Position numbers and translations under genes: made by a program. The notes under the pieces are model-generated. The model was not told where the DNA came from. It was given only the letters and a program-made list of their open reading frames with translations, and made no database searches. From Trichodelitschia bisporula (taxonomy: Eukaryota): a stretch of 64,000 nt of DNA. The stretch covers positions 321,933 through 385,932 of the forward strand of contig ML996692.1 in NCBI GenBank assembly GCA_010356995.1, given 5' to 3'. Shown one piece after another: positions 47,805-59,928 of the stretch (its first letter is position 1; the number at the start of each line of letters is the position of its first letter).

Positions 47805-50800
47805 CTATTCCTCATCCGAGAACACCTCCTCGCCACGCTTGCGACGGGCCATACGCTCCTAGTCAAAGGATTAGCCAAGTTCAAGATACTCGGGGTAGCA
47901 GGGGATGAACAAACCTTCTTCTTCTTGCGCGCCTCGGAGGCCGAGATCTTAGCCTTCTTCTTCGTGCTCGCAATCTTGTTGCCCAGCGCATCGAACTTCT
48001 CCTCCTCCTCTGCATCATCGCCCTTCAAGCGCGGGCCGCTGCCCTGGCCCGACACCCAGTTGTGGCCGCTGGCCGTCATGAGACCGTTGTTGACCGCCCA
48101 GACTTCCTCCGTCAAGTTGCGGGTGAACTCTTCGCTATGGGTGATGATAATAACACCACCCTCGAAAGCCTTCAGCGCCTTGGACAGAGCGCCCAAGCTA
48201 TCGCGATCCAGGTAATTGGTCGGTTCGTCAAGCACGATCAAATGCGGCCGCTGCCACGTACCAGCCGCCAACACGCACTTGACGCGCTGACCACCGGACA
48301 GACCCTTCATGCGGGAGTGAGACACCAGCTCGGCGTCGAGGCCGAAGTTGGCGCAGTGGGCTTCGATCTCCTTGCGCACCAGCGGGCGGAACTGGCCGCT
48401 GGCCAGAGCCTCCTTCTGATCGACCTCGGCGACCAGCTTACCGTGAGAACCGAGCAGCTCGTCACGCGGCAGCCACTCGTCGTCAGCGGTCATCATGGGC
48501 GTCCACTTCTCGTTCTTCAGGCCGATGTTCTCGCCCAGAGCGAACGAGCACTGGTACTCGTAGCTGTTCTTGAGCTTACGACGGCTCGAGATACCGATGA
48601 CGCGGCGCTTGGTGTCGTTGACGGTGAAGACCTTGTCCATGGCCTTCTCATCCTCCTCAGTAACGATCTTGCTGGCACGGTCCATAGTCTCGCGATCCTC
48701 ACCAGTCTGGAAACGCCACTGGATGTACTCGGAGGGCGTCTTGTCGAGGTGATGATCGATATGCGCGAAGGCGTGCTGCTTGATGTACGCAATACGGATG
48801 TTCTCGTGGTGGTAGACCTCACCAGACGTGGGGATCAGCTCGCCAGTGAGCACGTTGACAAGCGTAGACTTGCCGGCACCGTTCGGACCAATGACAGCAA
48901 TACGCGAGCCGAGCGAGCACTGGAAGGTGATATCCTTGATCTGGGGCTTCGAGGTTCCAGGGTACTGGAAAGACATGTTGCTGACGCGAACAATGGCCTT
49001 GGCCTTGGTCTTGACACCCTCGAGGAAACCGGGCTCGGGGAACTTGAACTCGAGTTCCGAGGCACCGAGCTCGTAGTACGACTTGGCCGACGGGACACGC
49101 TTCACGAACTCGCTCAGGTTGCCGCGATAACGCTTAAGCTTGAAGCGCTCGTAGTGGATGACATGCTGGATGACGTGGTCGAGGAACTTGCTGTCGTGAG
49201 AAATAATCAGGGACGTGCAGGGCGAGTTGATCAGGTAATCCTCGAGCCACTTGACGTTCTTCACATCGAGATGGTTAGTCGGTTCGTCGAGCAACAGGAT
49301 GTCGGGATTCTCGAAGACGGCACGGCAAAGGGCGAGCTTCATCTTCCAACCACCAGACAGCGCCGTGATAGGACCTTGGACCTGCTCCACGGTGAAGCCG
49401 AACTCGTCAAGCTTGGAAAGCACCTCCTCCTCGGAGGTGGTGATGCCGACGCTCGCAAGCTTCTTCATCGTCCATGCGATGACGGTCTGCTCGGTATCGG
49501 CGGAGTCGAGGTCGTGCTCGACGTACACGGTCTTGACTTCGCTCTGCTTGGGGAAGCCCTCGACCTGCTCGTTGTTGATGGCGCGCATGAGCGTGGTCTT
49601 GCCGGAACCGTTCGGGCCCAGGATACCATAACGCATGCCACGCTTGAGGCGCAGGTTGGTCTGGTTGAGCAGGATCTTGGCACCATAGGCCAAGTTGAAG
49701 GTGCAGTTGCAGAGATCCTCGCCCTCCTCGTCATCAGCCTCAGCCTCGTCAACATCCTCAAGACCCGGCGACGCGCGCTTGCGCAGCGAGTCGACGACGC
49801 TCTTGGCCTCCTTCTCGCCAACAATGGCGGCGATGTAGGAGAGAGTGCCGTTGACCCAGCCGATGGGCTCCGTCTCTTTCTCGTCGATCAGCTGACCGGC
49901 GATGGCAGAAACGTAGGACAGGATCGGCTCGAACTTGGCGGCAGTGGCGTTCTTCTTGCTCGAGAGAATCGACTTGAGCACCTCGAGGACGGTGGCGATG
50001 TCGCCAGCCTTGGACACCTCGGGGATCTTGCCATCCTTGACCGCACCGACACGGGTGAGCGTCTCGAGACCCTGGCGGGTCTTCTCACGCGCCTCAGGGT
50101 CGGCAATGGTCTCGTAGTTCTTGCTAAGTGCCGGCATCAGACGCGGCAGGAAAGCAGCGACAATTTGAGGGTCCTCGACGAGCTTGCACATGTTGTCGAC
50201 GATGACGGCCGACTTACGCTTGATAGCGGTCTCGCGCTCGACGAGACCACGCTCGAGCAAGGGTACCATGATGGCCAGGGTGGGCTCGTGGACGTCCGTG
50301 ACGAAGGTGGTGGCACCGAGCAAGTGCACGGTCTCAGGGACGTTCTCCGGCTTCGCAATACACTTGATCAGCTCCGGAATGAAGCGCTCGATGTCGCGAT
50401 TGGAAATCAGAGCGCAGATCTTCTCCATGGTGCCGAAGGCAGCCTTCTTGACCTCAGGCTTGGTGTCCCACATGGCCTCGGAGACGACAGGAATGAGATC
50501 GGGGACACGGTAGGCGAGCTGAGCCGGGGCGGTCTCGCAGAGAGCCTCGATGCAAGCCAGATCGGTCATCTTCTCGGGCCACTTCTGCGCGGTGCGGAGG
50601 GAGTTGATGATCGGCGGGAGAAGGGCCTTGACGGCGTTGGCGTTGGCGCCCTTGACGATCGCCAGAGACGCAGCCTGAGCGGCGTTCTTGACAGACACAA
50701 TCTTGTCGCTGACAGCCGCCAGTGTGAGAGGCAGCAGGGTAACGAGGTACGGCTCGACGGACGGCGAGACGGTCGAGTGCTCGGCGATGGCCTTGATGGC

Positions 50801-51112
50801 ATCGGCGGCACGCTCACGAGCGAGGGCATCCTTCTTGTGGGTAAGCTGCTTCTTGAGAAGGTCGAAAGCACTATTACGAAATTAGACAAATGCTTGGCAC
50901 GTGAACGTACGAATAACTCACCCAGTCGGGGCATCGCCCTCCTCAATATCGCCATTGATGAAGGTGGCGAGATCGTGAGCCGAGGCGTTGATCTCATCCT
51001 GAGCCTTGGAAACGCTCAACTTTGCCAGAAGCTCCTCGAGCACCTTGACCGACTTCTGGTTCTCCTTGACCTGAGCAGCCGAAGTGGTCGCGACGCCGAC
51101 AGCGGGAGCCAT
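47805..51112 (-). CDS. YEF3: Fungal translation elongation factor 3
   Basis: HEAT region; two ABC domains ([31 protein letters not shown] and [17 protein letters not shown]); chromo insertion; basic tail [22 protein letters not shown]. Introns 50871-50921 and 47859-47914. Confidence 0.97.
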
Positions 51113-54100
51113 TTCGATGTGTGGTGAAGAGATTAGGTGGCGAATGCCGTGTATGTGGATGTTGCGGAATAGACTCTAAAATCTATGTGCGCTGAGGCGG
51201 GTATCGGTAGCAGCCTTGCGTGTAGCGGTGAGGCCGCAAAAACGCAAATCTAGTTTCCGACCGTGAAACCGCAAAAAAACTCCACAAGAAAAGGAGATCT
51301 AATTCTGCGAGAGTTGAGAAGTGAGGGAGAGATATTTGGGGGGAGGGAGAGAGTGGACAGTGAAGAGAAGATAAGGTGGCAGCGGGGAGGGTGGTGGGCC
51401 TTTTGAATGTTGGGAGGGGGCGGAGGATGGGTGCGAAAAAAAAAAAGTTTCGTTAGCGGCCAAGGCGTTTGGCCACGGCCCCCGGTGCCTCTTCACCACC
51501 CACGCGCTGCCCTGGGACCGGGGGTTGAGACGGTTCCGGGCTGGCTCTGCGGAGGCGGCGCAGGGCCAGATTGGAGAAAGGGAAAGGGATTTTGATGGGG
51601 CTGGGGATAGGGATAGGTTGGGATAGGATACCGGGAGGCGACACACCAGAGGCGGTCAATGATTTGGTGGGGTTCGTGGTGAGGTTCTCGTGATGGTGGG
51701 GTGGAGGGGAGCGGGGAAGAAAGTGGCGGTGGAAGGGTTCACTTGGGAAGCTTGAGAAAAGCGTCTTGTGGTAGAAGAGTTGCCTTCTCGTGTACAAGGA
51801 AGAGGCCCCTTTGCCGAGTATGTACTGTACTGTCTATAGTTGTAGAGTTGATTGTCTGTACCTTTGCGGTGATGGTCTCCATACTGAGATGTACTCGCTA
51901 CACGTACACCTTTCCTCCACGCTTCCCGGCTCTCTTCCTCTCTCTCTACCTCTACGGCAACTCTTCTTTTGCTAGCCATAGAATGCCTCATTTGTAGGTG
52001 GTATCTTTCTTTGTGGGGCCGAAAGACCTTATCGCCTCCGTCCCGTCTTTCCCACCCGGCCACGGCTACGCTCTCGCTATCAGGCAATCAACGATGTCCC
52101 GAAGACCAACCCGAAACGAGAATATGATGAGACGACGCGAAGCCGCACAAAGTCCGGTGTAGGGCCAAATTTTGCCACCCAGGGACGACAAATCCCCTTT
52201 CCTCGAACATCTTCACCCGGATGTATCAAGGCATTGCTTCGGCTGCAACCAAAAGTCTAGAACTAGACGATGATAGACGGCTTTGCGTTGGTTGCATCTT
52301 CATCATTAACGGTTAGGTTAGCGATGCTCATCTCATGCATACGCATCCCTCAAGCATTCAGCAAGCATTCAGCATATCCCATTCCGATCCCCAACCGTCC
52401 CCAGTCTCCCCATCCACCCCGTCAGCCACCACCAACAATTTAGATGGCCTTCGTTCTCTAGTTCTAGTCTCCCTCCCTCTGTACCGTATCTTCTCTCCCA
52501 AGCCTCCCCGCAAAGGACCCTGGTCGGGTTAGCCAAACTGTCGCATCCTATCACCGACTGCTTATGCTGAGTGCGTCTGACAGGCTGGCAAGTTTAGGTC
52601 GTCTATCCGGTAGGTCGTCCAGGACGTCCAGCTCGCCCCCAGCCGCCCACCGAACCCCCAAAAGGAAGAAGTCGCAGCCTCGCTGTGTTTCCTTCCGGCC
52701 TTCCCCGTCCACTCTGCGCTTACAGCGGTCCTGCGTCGGGACTCACCTCCTTCACCATGCATGCGATGCAGCAGATGCCTGCCCCACCACATCTCGCCCA
52801 GCTCGTCACCAACGATGGGGAAATCCGTCCTTGAACGATCACCCAGGAGAAGTACTGTGGTAGGCAAATGTTGCCTCTTCGCCATCAACCACACACTTCA
52901 CTACACAAGGGGTACCCGGTCCCAAAGTACCCCGCCACCGACGGTTGCTGGGACCGATACACATATAGCATGACAGGCCGACGTCTCAACGAAAGTAGTC
53001 AGCCGCACCCTTTTTTCCATCTGCCTTGGTGGTATCCCAAATTTTTCTTTTACCTTCTGGCCCCACCCCCTCCAATTCCACCCCTCCCCCCACTCACGCA
53101 CTCAGGGCCCTGGGGGCGCTTATCTCACAACAAACCCTGCCCCCAGACTTCCGTCAAGGGCCGCCCGGCCTCCCACAGATCGAAGGCTTCGAGAACTAAC
53201 GCTCGGACCAGCATCCTCCGCCTTCCCTCGCGGCGACCTGGAAACGGCCCTGTCCTTCAGCGGGCATTCCGTGTTGAGACACCACTGCCAGATTGAAGCA
53301 CTCGTTCCTGTCGTCGCTTGCTGCCGGTCGTCCACCTGCTGCTGGTTGGCGCTTCCCGCGTTGCGCCGCATTTCCCTTGCTACTCTCGACGCGCGTGTCG
53401 CTGCGTAATTGCTGGCCGTGCTGGCTTCGCATCTCGGATGCCATGACCATTCCATGTCCCTTCGTCATTTCCGCTCTCATTCCTCTGCTAACGTGCCACA
53501 TCATGTGCCATCCAGTTTCTCTCGACCGAAAGTCAACCTCGGCGCGACGTCCACAACACACAAATCGCCGAACGCACCTCGTTTAGCCTAGAGCACTTAC
53601 ACGGAGTACCGTACCGTCCACAGCAGCCTCGCCAACACTCGCACAACAGCAGGGTCTCCCCTCCCCCGTCACCGCTCCGCGCGCAGTAGCGCACAAAAAC
53701 CACATGCAGGCCGGGGGCGGCGCGCAAAAAAAAATCTGGCAAACGCAAAATCTACATCTTCGGTGAAGTCGGGCCTCCCAGAGCACGGCCTCGCGGCTTC
53801 CCCAGATTTCCCCAGATATGGCGCGAGAGATACGCGCTCCGCTCCCGCCACCCGCCTCCGCGTTTCTGGCGCCCAGCGAGTGTGGGGCCGCCGCCGCCGC
53901 CCGACGCCGCCGCCGTTTGCTGCACGGCACGGATGTTGAGGCTGAGGGCACGGTTGCTAGCGCGGCGGTGCGCTGGGCTGCGGCGGGGAGGCTGTTGGTG
54001 AGAAGTGGCGGACGGTGAAATGAGTGTACACTCTGAGATGGACATAAACTACGGTCATGATCCTGTTCTTCACTTTCATTTCTGTGAAGGGAGTTTGGGT

Positions 54101-55476
54101 TTTGCTTTAATCGCTTCCCACTTGACTTTTGTAGCTTTTACGAGGTTAGAGATGCGCCTTGCATGGCTGACTTTTCCGCCCATGGTCAAACCTTCTCCAT
54201 CAAGGACTGAGACCATCTCTCGTTCGACGCAGCCTAAAGAAGGCCTCCTAACGTGTCATTCGATTCTAGTCTGGGTAGAGCGAAGTCGAGCACCATGTGC
54301 AAGGCTTGCCGGAAGAATCCCAAACCGACATCCGCGCTATCCTAACCAAAGCCACCATGGTGTGGAGTCGGAGGCACTTAGAGATATCTTACACACCTTA
54401 CCCAGCCTTGATATGACTCCACTCACGAAGAACGAACTTGAGGCAATATCTTTCGGCCAAAGTTCGTGCGATTTCATGCCTTTGCCCGCCGTGCCTGGAG
54501 ATCTCGTCACCTTGGCTTCCTGATACTCATCCTCTCGAGACACGTGGGCAGAATGGCTTATGTATTGGCCTGGCAAGAGATGTAATCCTCCGACTCGCCG
54601 CCGTCAGGAATTTACCGGAGCGATCAACTTACTGTACCACGCGAGGTTGGCACAGGGGTGCCGCAAGTTCTTTCTTTGTACAGTGGTTCCTAAGAACGCG
54701 GCCAGCTAGAACTAGGTTGTGGTAACAGAGGGGCAGGCAAATGAGACTTGGGCTCAGCGGATGCTTCGAGTCGGAGCCATCTTGATTTCATGGCTGTAAG
54801 GGGTTTGGTTTCTATCGATTTCAAGTTGGGTGAGATGAATACTGTGATCCTAGTCCGCGATGTCGGGTGTAGGCACCGAAGTCGTACAGGGCATTGAGGC
54901 ATGTATGACACGAAGGCACCATTTACCGTTGGAAGGAGCATATCAGTCTTAAGAAGGGATATGGCAGGAGAAGGCGCACATGATGTTATGTGCGCACGAT
55001 GGGAGGAAGGCACATATGGGGAGGAAGAAACATCGAGGGATACTACGCACCCACAACATATTTAGTCTCGACCGTCTCTGATTCTCTCCTCTCTTCCATG
55101 TTTTTACAATTCTCCTCTTCACACCATATCCATTGCACATGTCAAGTCCACGCTTCCATTAGATGTTGGAGATGGTCACTTTCCAACGCGGCGATAGGAT
55201 ATGCGGTGACGCGTCCTCGAACTTAGTACCGGTACTGCAATCCACTGGCTAGAGAATAGGGAGCAAAGCTCCAATTTCGGACGCGATAAGCCATGTACGT
55301 AGTACGCATGAACGCATGAACCAGAATACGATGGTCGGCACCTGAAGTTGTTCGAGGTCGGAAACTTCGAGTCGAAGCTTTGGCCCACTTCCCTGCGCGC
55401 TTGCGCTTAAACATCTGACCATGCAAGCTAGATGCGCGGACCGGCCCATGTCCCCAAGCCTCACGCAACAAACTCT

Positions 55477-57310
55477 ATGAAGAATGCTACGCTCACAAGG
55501 ACCGTCTTTGACGGCCTAGGAAAGCATCTCTGCCCTTCTCGAAGGCTTATTCCATTGCTAGCTCGCACACGACATTGGCCGCGCCGCCCAGACACCACGC
55601 AATGGACGACAACGAGCGACGTGCCTGTGCGGACATTTCACACACCTCCGCTAGACACCGAACGCGCACCGCTGAGGGAAGCTGTATGGGATTTTCAGCA
55701 GCAACAAGGAGGTAGAAATACGCCGGCGAAATATAGCGACGAAGGTTCTAGCCACAGTGCGCCAGAGGACCTGCAGACGTTGTACTGGAAGCTCAATGTG
55801 GAGGCAGCTAAGGGCAATGTGCAGGGCACGAGAGAAATTGTGGAGCGGCTGCTGAAGCAGCATGCTGAAGTGCCGAATTTGAGGCTCTATTCAGCTCTCA
55901 TACTCTCGCAGGTTGGCCCTGAGGGGTCTGTAGCATGGGTGAAGGCGTACCTTGAGGAGCTCAAGGCCGAGGGGTTGGAGGTAGACTCGGGACTCTGTCA
56001 CGACATTCTCAAGGTAGGATTCAGCTTCTAGGTGCTCAATGGTGTGCTAATTGGGCAAGGTTCTTGCCGTACACCCGGATTACCTCCTCCGAGCGGAAAT
56101 TCTGGCGTACATGGAGTCGAAATGGTTCGCAGTCTCCGATGACGGCCACCATGACATTGTGACCGGCTATCTACGCGATCGACAGCACGAAATGGCACTG
56201 GAGAAGCTGGACGCTATGCGAAGCGAGGGCATACGCATCCAGTCGTGGCTCTACGACGTCGCCATGTACTACTTCAGCGACAGCGGCGACCTAGACGAGG
56301 CCCTGCGTTTACTCAAACAACGAGTCGCCGACTGCGACCCCCTAATATCCGGCTCCATGTGGTTCTACCTCCTCAACTGCGCGAGCACCACTCTTCACGT
56401 ATGTCGCTCACCGCACCCACCGCCCCGCTAACCCCCCCAGCACGAACTAGCCGCCTACATCTGGACCCTCCGCGTCCAACCACGCTACCTCAACCCCCCT
56501 TCAGCAACCTGCCTCGGCGTGTTAAACGCCGCCTCCCGCGCTGGCAACACCGCCATCGCAACCGACATCTTCCGCGTCCTCGCCGAGCGACACACCATCA
56601 TCGAGCCCGCACACTACGAGCTGCTCAGCGAAGCCTACATCAACGCGGGGGATCTGCGCAACGCCGTCTCCGTCCTGGCAGTCATGCACGAAGCGCGCCT
56701 CCCCGTCACCGACCTCAACACCCGCGGCATCTACACCTACCTGCAGGCCTCGCCCTCCCGCCCCGCGGACCTCTTCGCCCTCTGCCAAGCCCTGAGCAAG
56801 GAAGGCACGACCCTCCCCCCCGCGGCGCTGAATCTGTGCATCGAGGCTGCCATCCACCACGGGGCCTTGGACCAGGCTCTGGGCTTCTACGAACAGTTCC
56901 GCGCCCTCGTCCCCGCTGGCCCGAATACGAGCACGTTTAACGCGCTGCTGCGCGGTTGCACCCGCGTGCATCCGCCCCGCAAGGACCTCGCTCTGCAGCT
57001 CGCGGCCGAGCTCGCGAGTATGGGGCTTCGGCCTGATGGGCTGACGTACGAGCGCATGCTGTATGCGTGTCTCTCGGCGCCGGATTATGGGGATGCGGTT
57101 CGGTACTACGATGAGATGCGGAGTCAGGGGCTGGTTCCTAGGCCGGGGGCGTATTCTGCGCTTGTGAGACGGTTGGGCGTGGAGGGAGATAAGAGGGCGT
57201 GGGAGGTGCTGGATGATGCGGAGGGGGTGGAGAGCTTGTTGAATGTGGAGCGGTTGAGGATGTGGCTTGCGGGGCAGATGGGCGGGAAGAGGGGGTGGGG
57301 GGGTGGGTAG
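55477..57310 (+). CDS. Pentatricopeptide-repeat (PPR) protein, probably mitochondrial
   Basis: FDGL...LCPS N-terminal motif, LAVHPDYLLR, PPR-like helices (PNTSTFNALLRGC, PDGLTYERML, PRPGAYSALV). Introns 56014-56059 and 56399-56440. Confidence 0.85.
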
Positions 57311-57382
57311 CAAGGCGCGCAATGTTGCAATCTGCACCTGTCCGCTGAAGTGAAATATCCACAAGTGGTCCTCCCTCACCCT

Positions 57383-58009
57383 TTACTCGCCCGTATCCTC
57401 GGCCTCAACCCGGTACTCCGCCTTCCACCCCCACCGCTGCCACAGCGCCTCCTGACGCTGCTCCGTCTCCCACCGGTGCCACGCCTCCCACTCGTCAAGC
57501 ACTTCTACAACCTCAAAGCGTATTAGATCCCTCCACACCGCCGTCCACTGGTCCAAAAGTCTCCGATCGGCGCATTCCCATACGTAGAACCACGTGTTCC
57601 GGTGCGGGCGCGCGGCCCAGCCGTACACGCGGCGCAGGCCGCTCGGCCTAAGGTTCGGATTTGTGGCGCTGCGGGCGGAGACAGCGTTCGGGCCATGTAG
57701 GATGTGGGCGGTGACGTGGTAGAGGTGTTTTTCAGCGGATGGGTCCGGGGGGTTGGTTGGAGGCGCGGGTTCGACGTTCCAGACGCAGGCTTCTTGGTGC
57801 TGCTGTACCTGGGCGGTCCATGTATCCGTCCATCGTCTTAGGATGCCACGGGTCGCACACGAAATTACCATGAAACAGGTCTTCTGGTCTGGGGTGGCGT
57901 AGGCGACGATGCAGTCCAGGCCCAGTGGCCGGTGGTGTCCGTGCTGGGCGATGTGTTTGAGGATGGGGGAGGGGCTGGATGGGAAGTGAGATGTTATGTG
58001 GTAGAGCAT
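57383..58009 (-). CDS. Intronless 208-aa protein with two tandem DUF3303-like domains
   Basis: Internal repeat: MLYHITSHF...RPLGL...TCFMVISCATRGILRRWTDTW and HLYHVTAH...RPSGL...TWFYVWECADRRLLDQWTAVWRDLIRFEVVEV. TATA-like ATATAT about 60 nt upstream. Confidence 0.65.
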   Translation of the reverse strand: MLYHITSHFPSSPSPILKHIAQHGHHRPLGLDCIVAYATPDQKTCFMVISCATRGILRRWTDTWTAQVQQHQEACVWNVEPAPPTNPPDPSAEKHLYHVTAHILHGPNAVSARSATNPNLRPSGLRRVYGWAARPHRNTWFYVWECADRRLLDQWTAVWRDLIRFEVVEVLDEWEAWHRWETEQRQEALWQRWGWKAEYRVEAEDTGE

Positions 58010-58251
58010 GATGAGTGTGATAGATGCGGTGGTGAAGGGGGCGAGGAGGGGGAGGGGAGGAAGGGGATATATGCGGTATGATGCGGAGGGAGTACGTCTC
58101 AGTAGCGTGGATGCAGCAGGCGCGCCGGCTACACATTCAGTAAGGAAATCGAGACCAAGAGATATCAATGCTCATTGCCACATTACCCATTTGCTTCATC
58201 CCCCCCCCCCCCCTTTTCCTTCCTTTCCTTCCCACTTCCCCCCTTATATCC

Positions 58252-59928
58252 CTACTGCACCCCATAAGCCTGCACCCCCTCCTCATCCCCCTCCGTCTCC
58301 GCCTCGCCCGCCCCCTTCCAATCCGCCGCCTGTGCCTGCTGCACCTTCTCCCCCGCCTTAGGCTCAGGAATAACCTCTCGCGACGGCCGCACGCGCCACA
58401 CTACGGCGACTCTATCGAAAGCCCGCACCCCCTTACGGCTGCTCCCCTTGATGCCGTCCATTTTGTCCCAGGTTATGTGGAAGATGCCGGAGGATTCGGC
58501 GTCGGCTTCGGGGGAGGTGTTGGGGGGGGAGCTGGGTTGGGAGTCGGGGCGGAGGTCGGTTGTGGGCTCGGGTGCGGTCTCGGTTGCGGGCTCGGTTGTG
58601 GACTTGCTTGCGGACTCAGTGCCCGGCTCGGCCCCCTCGCCCTTGCCTGCGGCCTGCGCCGCCATGCGCCGCTCTGGCCCCTGTCCCTCGAAATAGGTAT
58701 TGAACCACACGTGCGCAACGCTGGTGACGACGTTCCAGGAGGCCGGACCCTTAGCGCGGCGCTCGACAGACAGATTCACATCCGAGCTCTTCAGAATAAT
58801 CGGCGTAGACGGTATGAACGTAGCGTCGGTAGTGTCATCATCGTCGTTCGCGTCGGGTGAGGCCTCGCGCGAGGTCCCGGATGCTGTGTCCTTGCTCCCG
58901 TCCTTGTCCGTGGGGAGCGAGTCGGTGCTTCCCTTCTTTTTCTTCGCCTTGCGGCTGGAGGTAGAGGGGGCAGGACTAGCGCGCCCACTCCCCCCATTCC
59001 CACCGCTGATGAGCTGGAACACCGCGTTCGCGAACCCAAAGCTCTTAACCTCTCCGCGCGTAACCCGCCGCTCGTCCTTCGTGAACTCATGCACCGTCTC
59101 AATAACCTTCCCTTCATCCCTGAACCCGCGTATCGCAAGCTTCGCCCCATCCCTCAGCCCCCAAACCTGCACTTCCACGACCTCGACCTCGCGCTCGACG
59201 TACACCTTCCCGCCATTGACCCAGCGGTCCACATACGTGAGCCAGCGCAGCTGGGAGGGTATACTCACGCCCTCACCCCAGCCAGGTCGCATGCGCCTTT
59301 CCGTAAACCGCTTTATCGCATCCTGCACACTCCACCCCTCCTCACTAAGCAGATACGCGCAACTCGCCGTCCCACTCCTCCCCTTTCCAGCCTTACAATG
59401 CACAACCACCACGCGCGGGCCGGGCCCCGCCTCCCCCCCCTCCCCCTCCCCCCCAACTGGCACACCGGGTCCGCCCTTAACCCACTCGCGCATGCTCGCC
59501 ACTATCCGCGGTACCAGGGCAAAGGGCGGCGGGTGGTGATCCGGCCACGGAAAATGCCAAATACGGCCGCGCACCGCATCATCTGGGTACCCTGTGCCCT
59601 CGGCACGGAACTCCCAGATGCACCAGTTCGCGGGCCCGTGTTTGGTATCCAGGAATTTGATGAGCTCGTTGAGGGGGTTGCGGTAGGCGAGGCGCGGGTA
59701 GGTGGAGGAGGGGCCGGAGGTGGCGATTATGGTGTCGGTTACGTAGCAGAGGTCAAGGTTGGCTTCTGGGTGGCGCGAGCGCGGGCCCGCGACAATTTGA
59801 CGGAGGATGTTGGCCTGCGGGGTGTTAGCTTTCAGAACGTCTCGTGTTGTGCTCTGCCAGGTCTCGCTTCAGAGCATCAAACTCGAAGGCTGATAGACGC
59901 GCAAGCGGGGGTGTAAGCAGCTCACCAT
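58252..59928 (-). CDS. PTEN/TEP1-like lipid/dual-specificity phosphatase
   Basis: M|ANILRQIVAGPR...LDLCYVT, WPDHHPPPF, VHCKAGKGRSG, GVSIPSQLRW, HVWFNTYFE. ATG-only first exon; intron 59815-59925. Confidence 0.9.

Noticed and set aside
48062..51127. 1021-aa + strand ORF
   Set aside because: In-register antisense shadow of strongly codon-biased eEF3; no recognisable protein features.
58520..58640. 12-bp imperfect repeats and G-runs
   Set aside because: Low-complexity coding linker (TEPA-like) inside the PTEN-like gene; not an array or mobile element.
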